The notes beneath the pieces were generated by a model. It did not search any database. It was not told where the DNA came from and worked only from the letters and a program-made list of their open reading frames with translations. The position numbers and the translations under genes were made by a program. 36,778 nucleotides of DNA, from the IMG/VR virus record IMGVR_UViG_3300037043_000339, positions 1-36,778 of that record; one strand, 5' to 3'. Of the stretch, positions 36,515-36,778 are shown piece after piece (positions within the stretch are counted from its first letter, which is position 1; each line of letters begins with the position of its first letter). The stretch comes from a virus (lineage: Duplodnaviria; Caudoviricetes).

Positions 36515-36778
36515 ATGGACGGATATGTTGGTTTATTTCTAGTACCTGATGAAGGTGCTCCCGTATGCGTAATGAACAATCCCACTGTGACGATTACCGA
36601 GGTTGTTGAAACAGCCGAAAGTAAAATGTCGACGGCAAAATTTGATATCACTAACATTGATATCACGGCGGGAATGCTCAAATCGATATCGATTGGAATG
36701 CGTAAAAGCGCACTTCCGGCAATCAATTATGTGATTTTTGGCGGCAGTAACGGACAGACCAATGTGAATGATGGCGAT
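36515..36778 (+). CDS. Partial CDS running off the window end (probable tail protein)
   Basis: AAGGAG RBS, ATG at 36515, and 88 open codons (MDGYVGLFLVPDEGAPVC...) to the window edge. Confidence 0.7.
   Translation, partial: MDGYVGLFLVPDEGAPVCVMNNPTVTITEVVETAESKMSTAKFDITNIDITAGMLKSISIGMRKSALPAINYVIFGGSNGQTNVNDGD

Noticed and set aside
606-36726. Numerous minus-strand and nested ORFs of 60-250 aa (e.g. 16024-16764, 25209-25808, 36499-36726)
   Set aside because: They overlap convincing + strand genes, lack recognisable motifs, and look like antisense shadows.

Overview
The window is the + strand morphogenesis region of a podovirus-type (P22-like portal) phage or prophage. No integrase, replication or RNA genes are visible. 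Gene order: truncated HsdS-like fragment; two putative DNA-ejection proteins with a small Cys/His protein wedged between them; a 5381-aa polyvalent protein (DdrB/ParB-like, MutS-I-like, RadC/JAB, Strawberry-notch-like SF2 helicase, three zincin-type sites, LPD1/LPD23-like and PBECR nuclease-like modules); terS; terL; an exported protein; portal; scaffold; major capsid; head-tail adaptors; holin, endolysin and spanin; tail nozzle and tail proteins. The most striking unexplained signal is non-coding. Three sigma70-type promoters share a conserved spacer (TTGACW-TGNN-CACCATCRGC-KAT-[-10]). Each is followed downstream by a conserved AAACAT-N9-AACCGAAAAGGG box fused to an intrinsic-terminator hairpin with a variable, covarying stem, placed directly in front of a structural gene block. 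This suggests an undescribed late-gene antitermination or attenuation system. Family assignments come from motif recognition by eye; no database searches were run.
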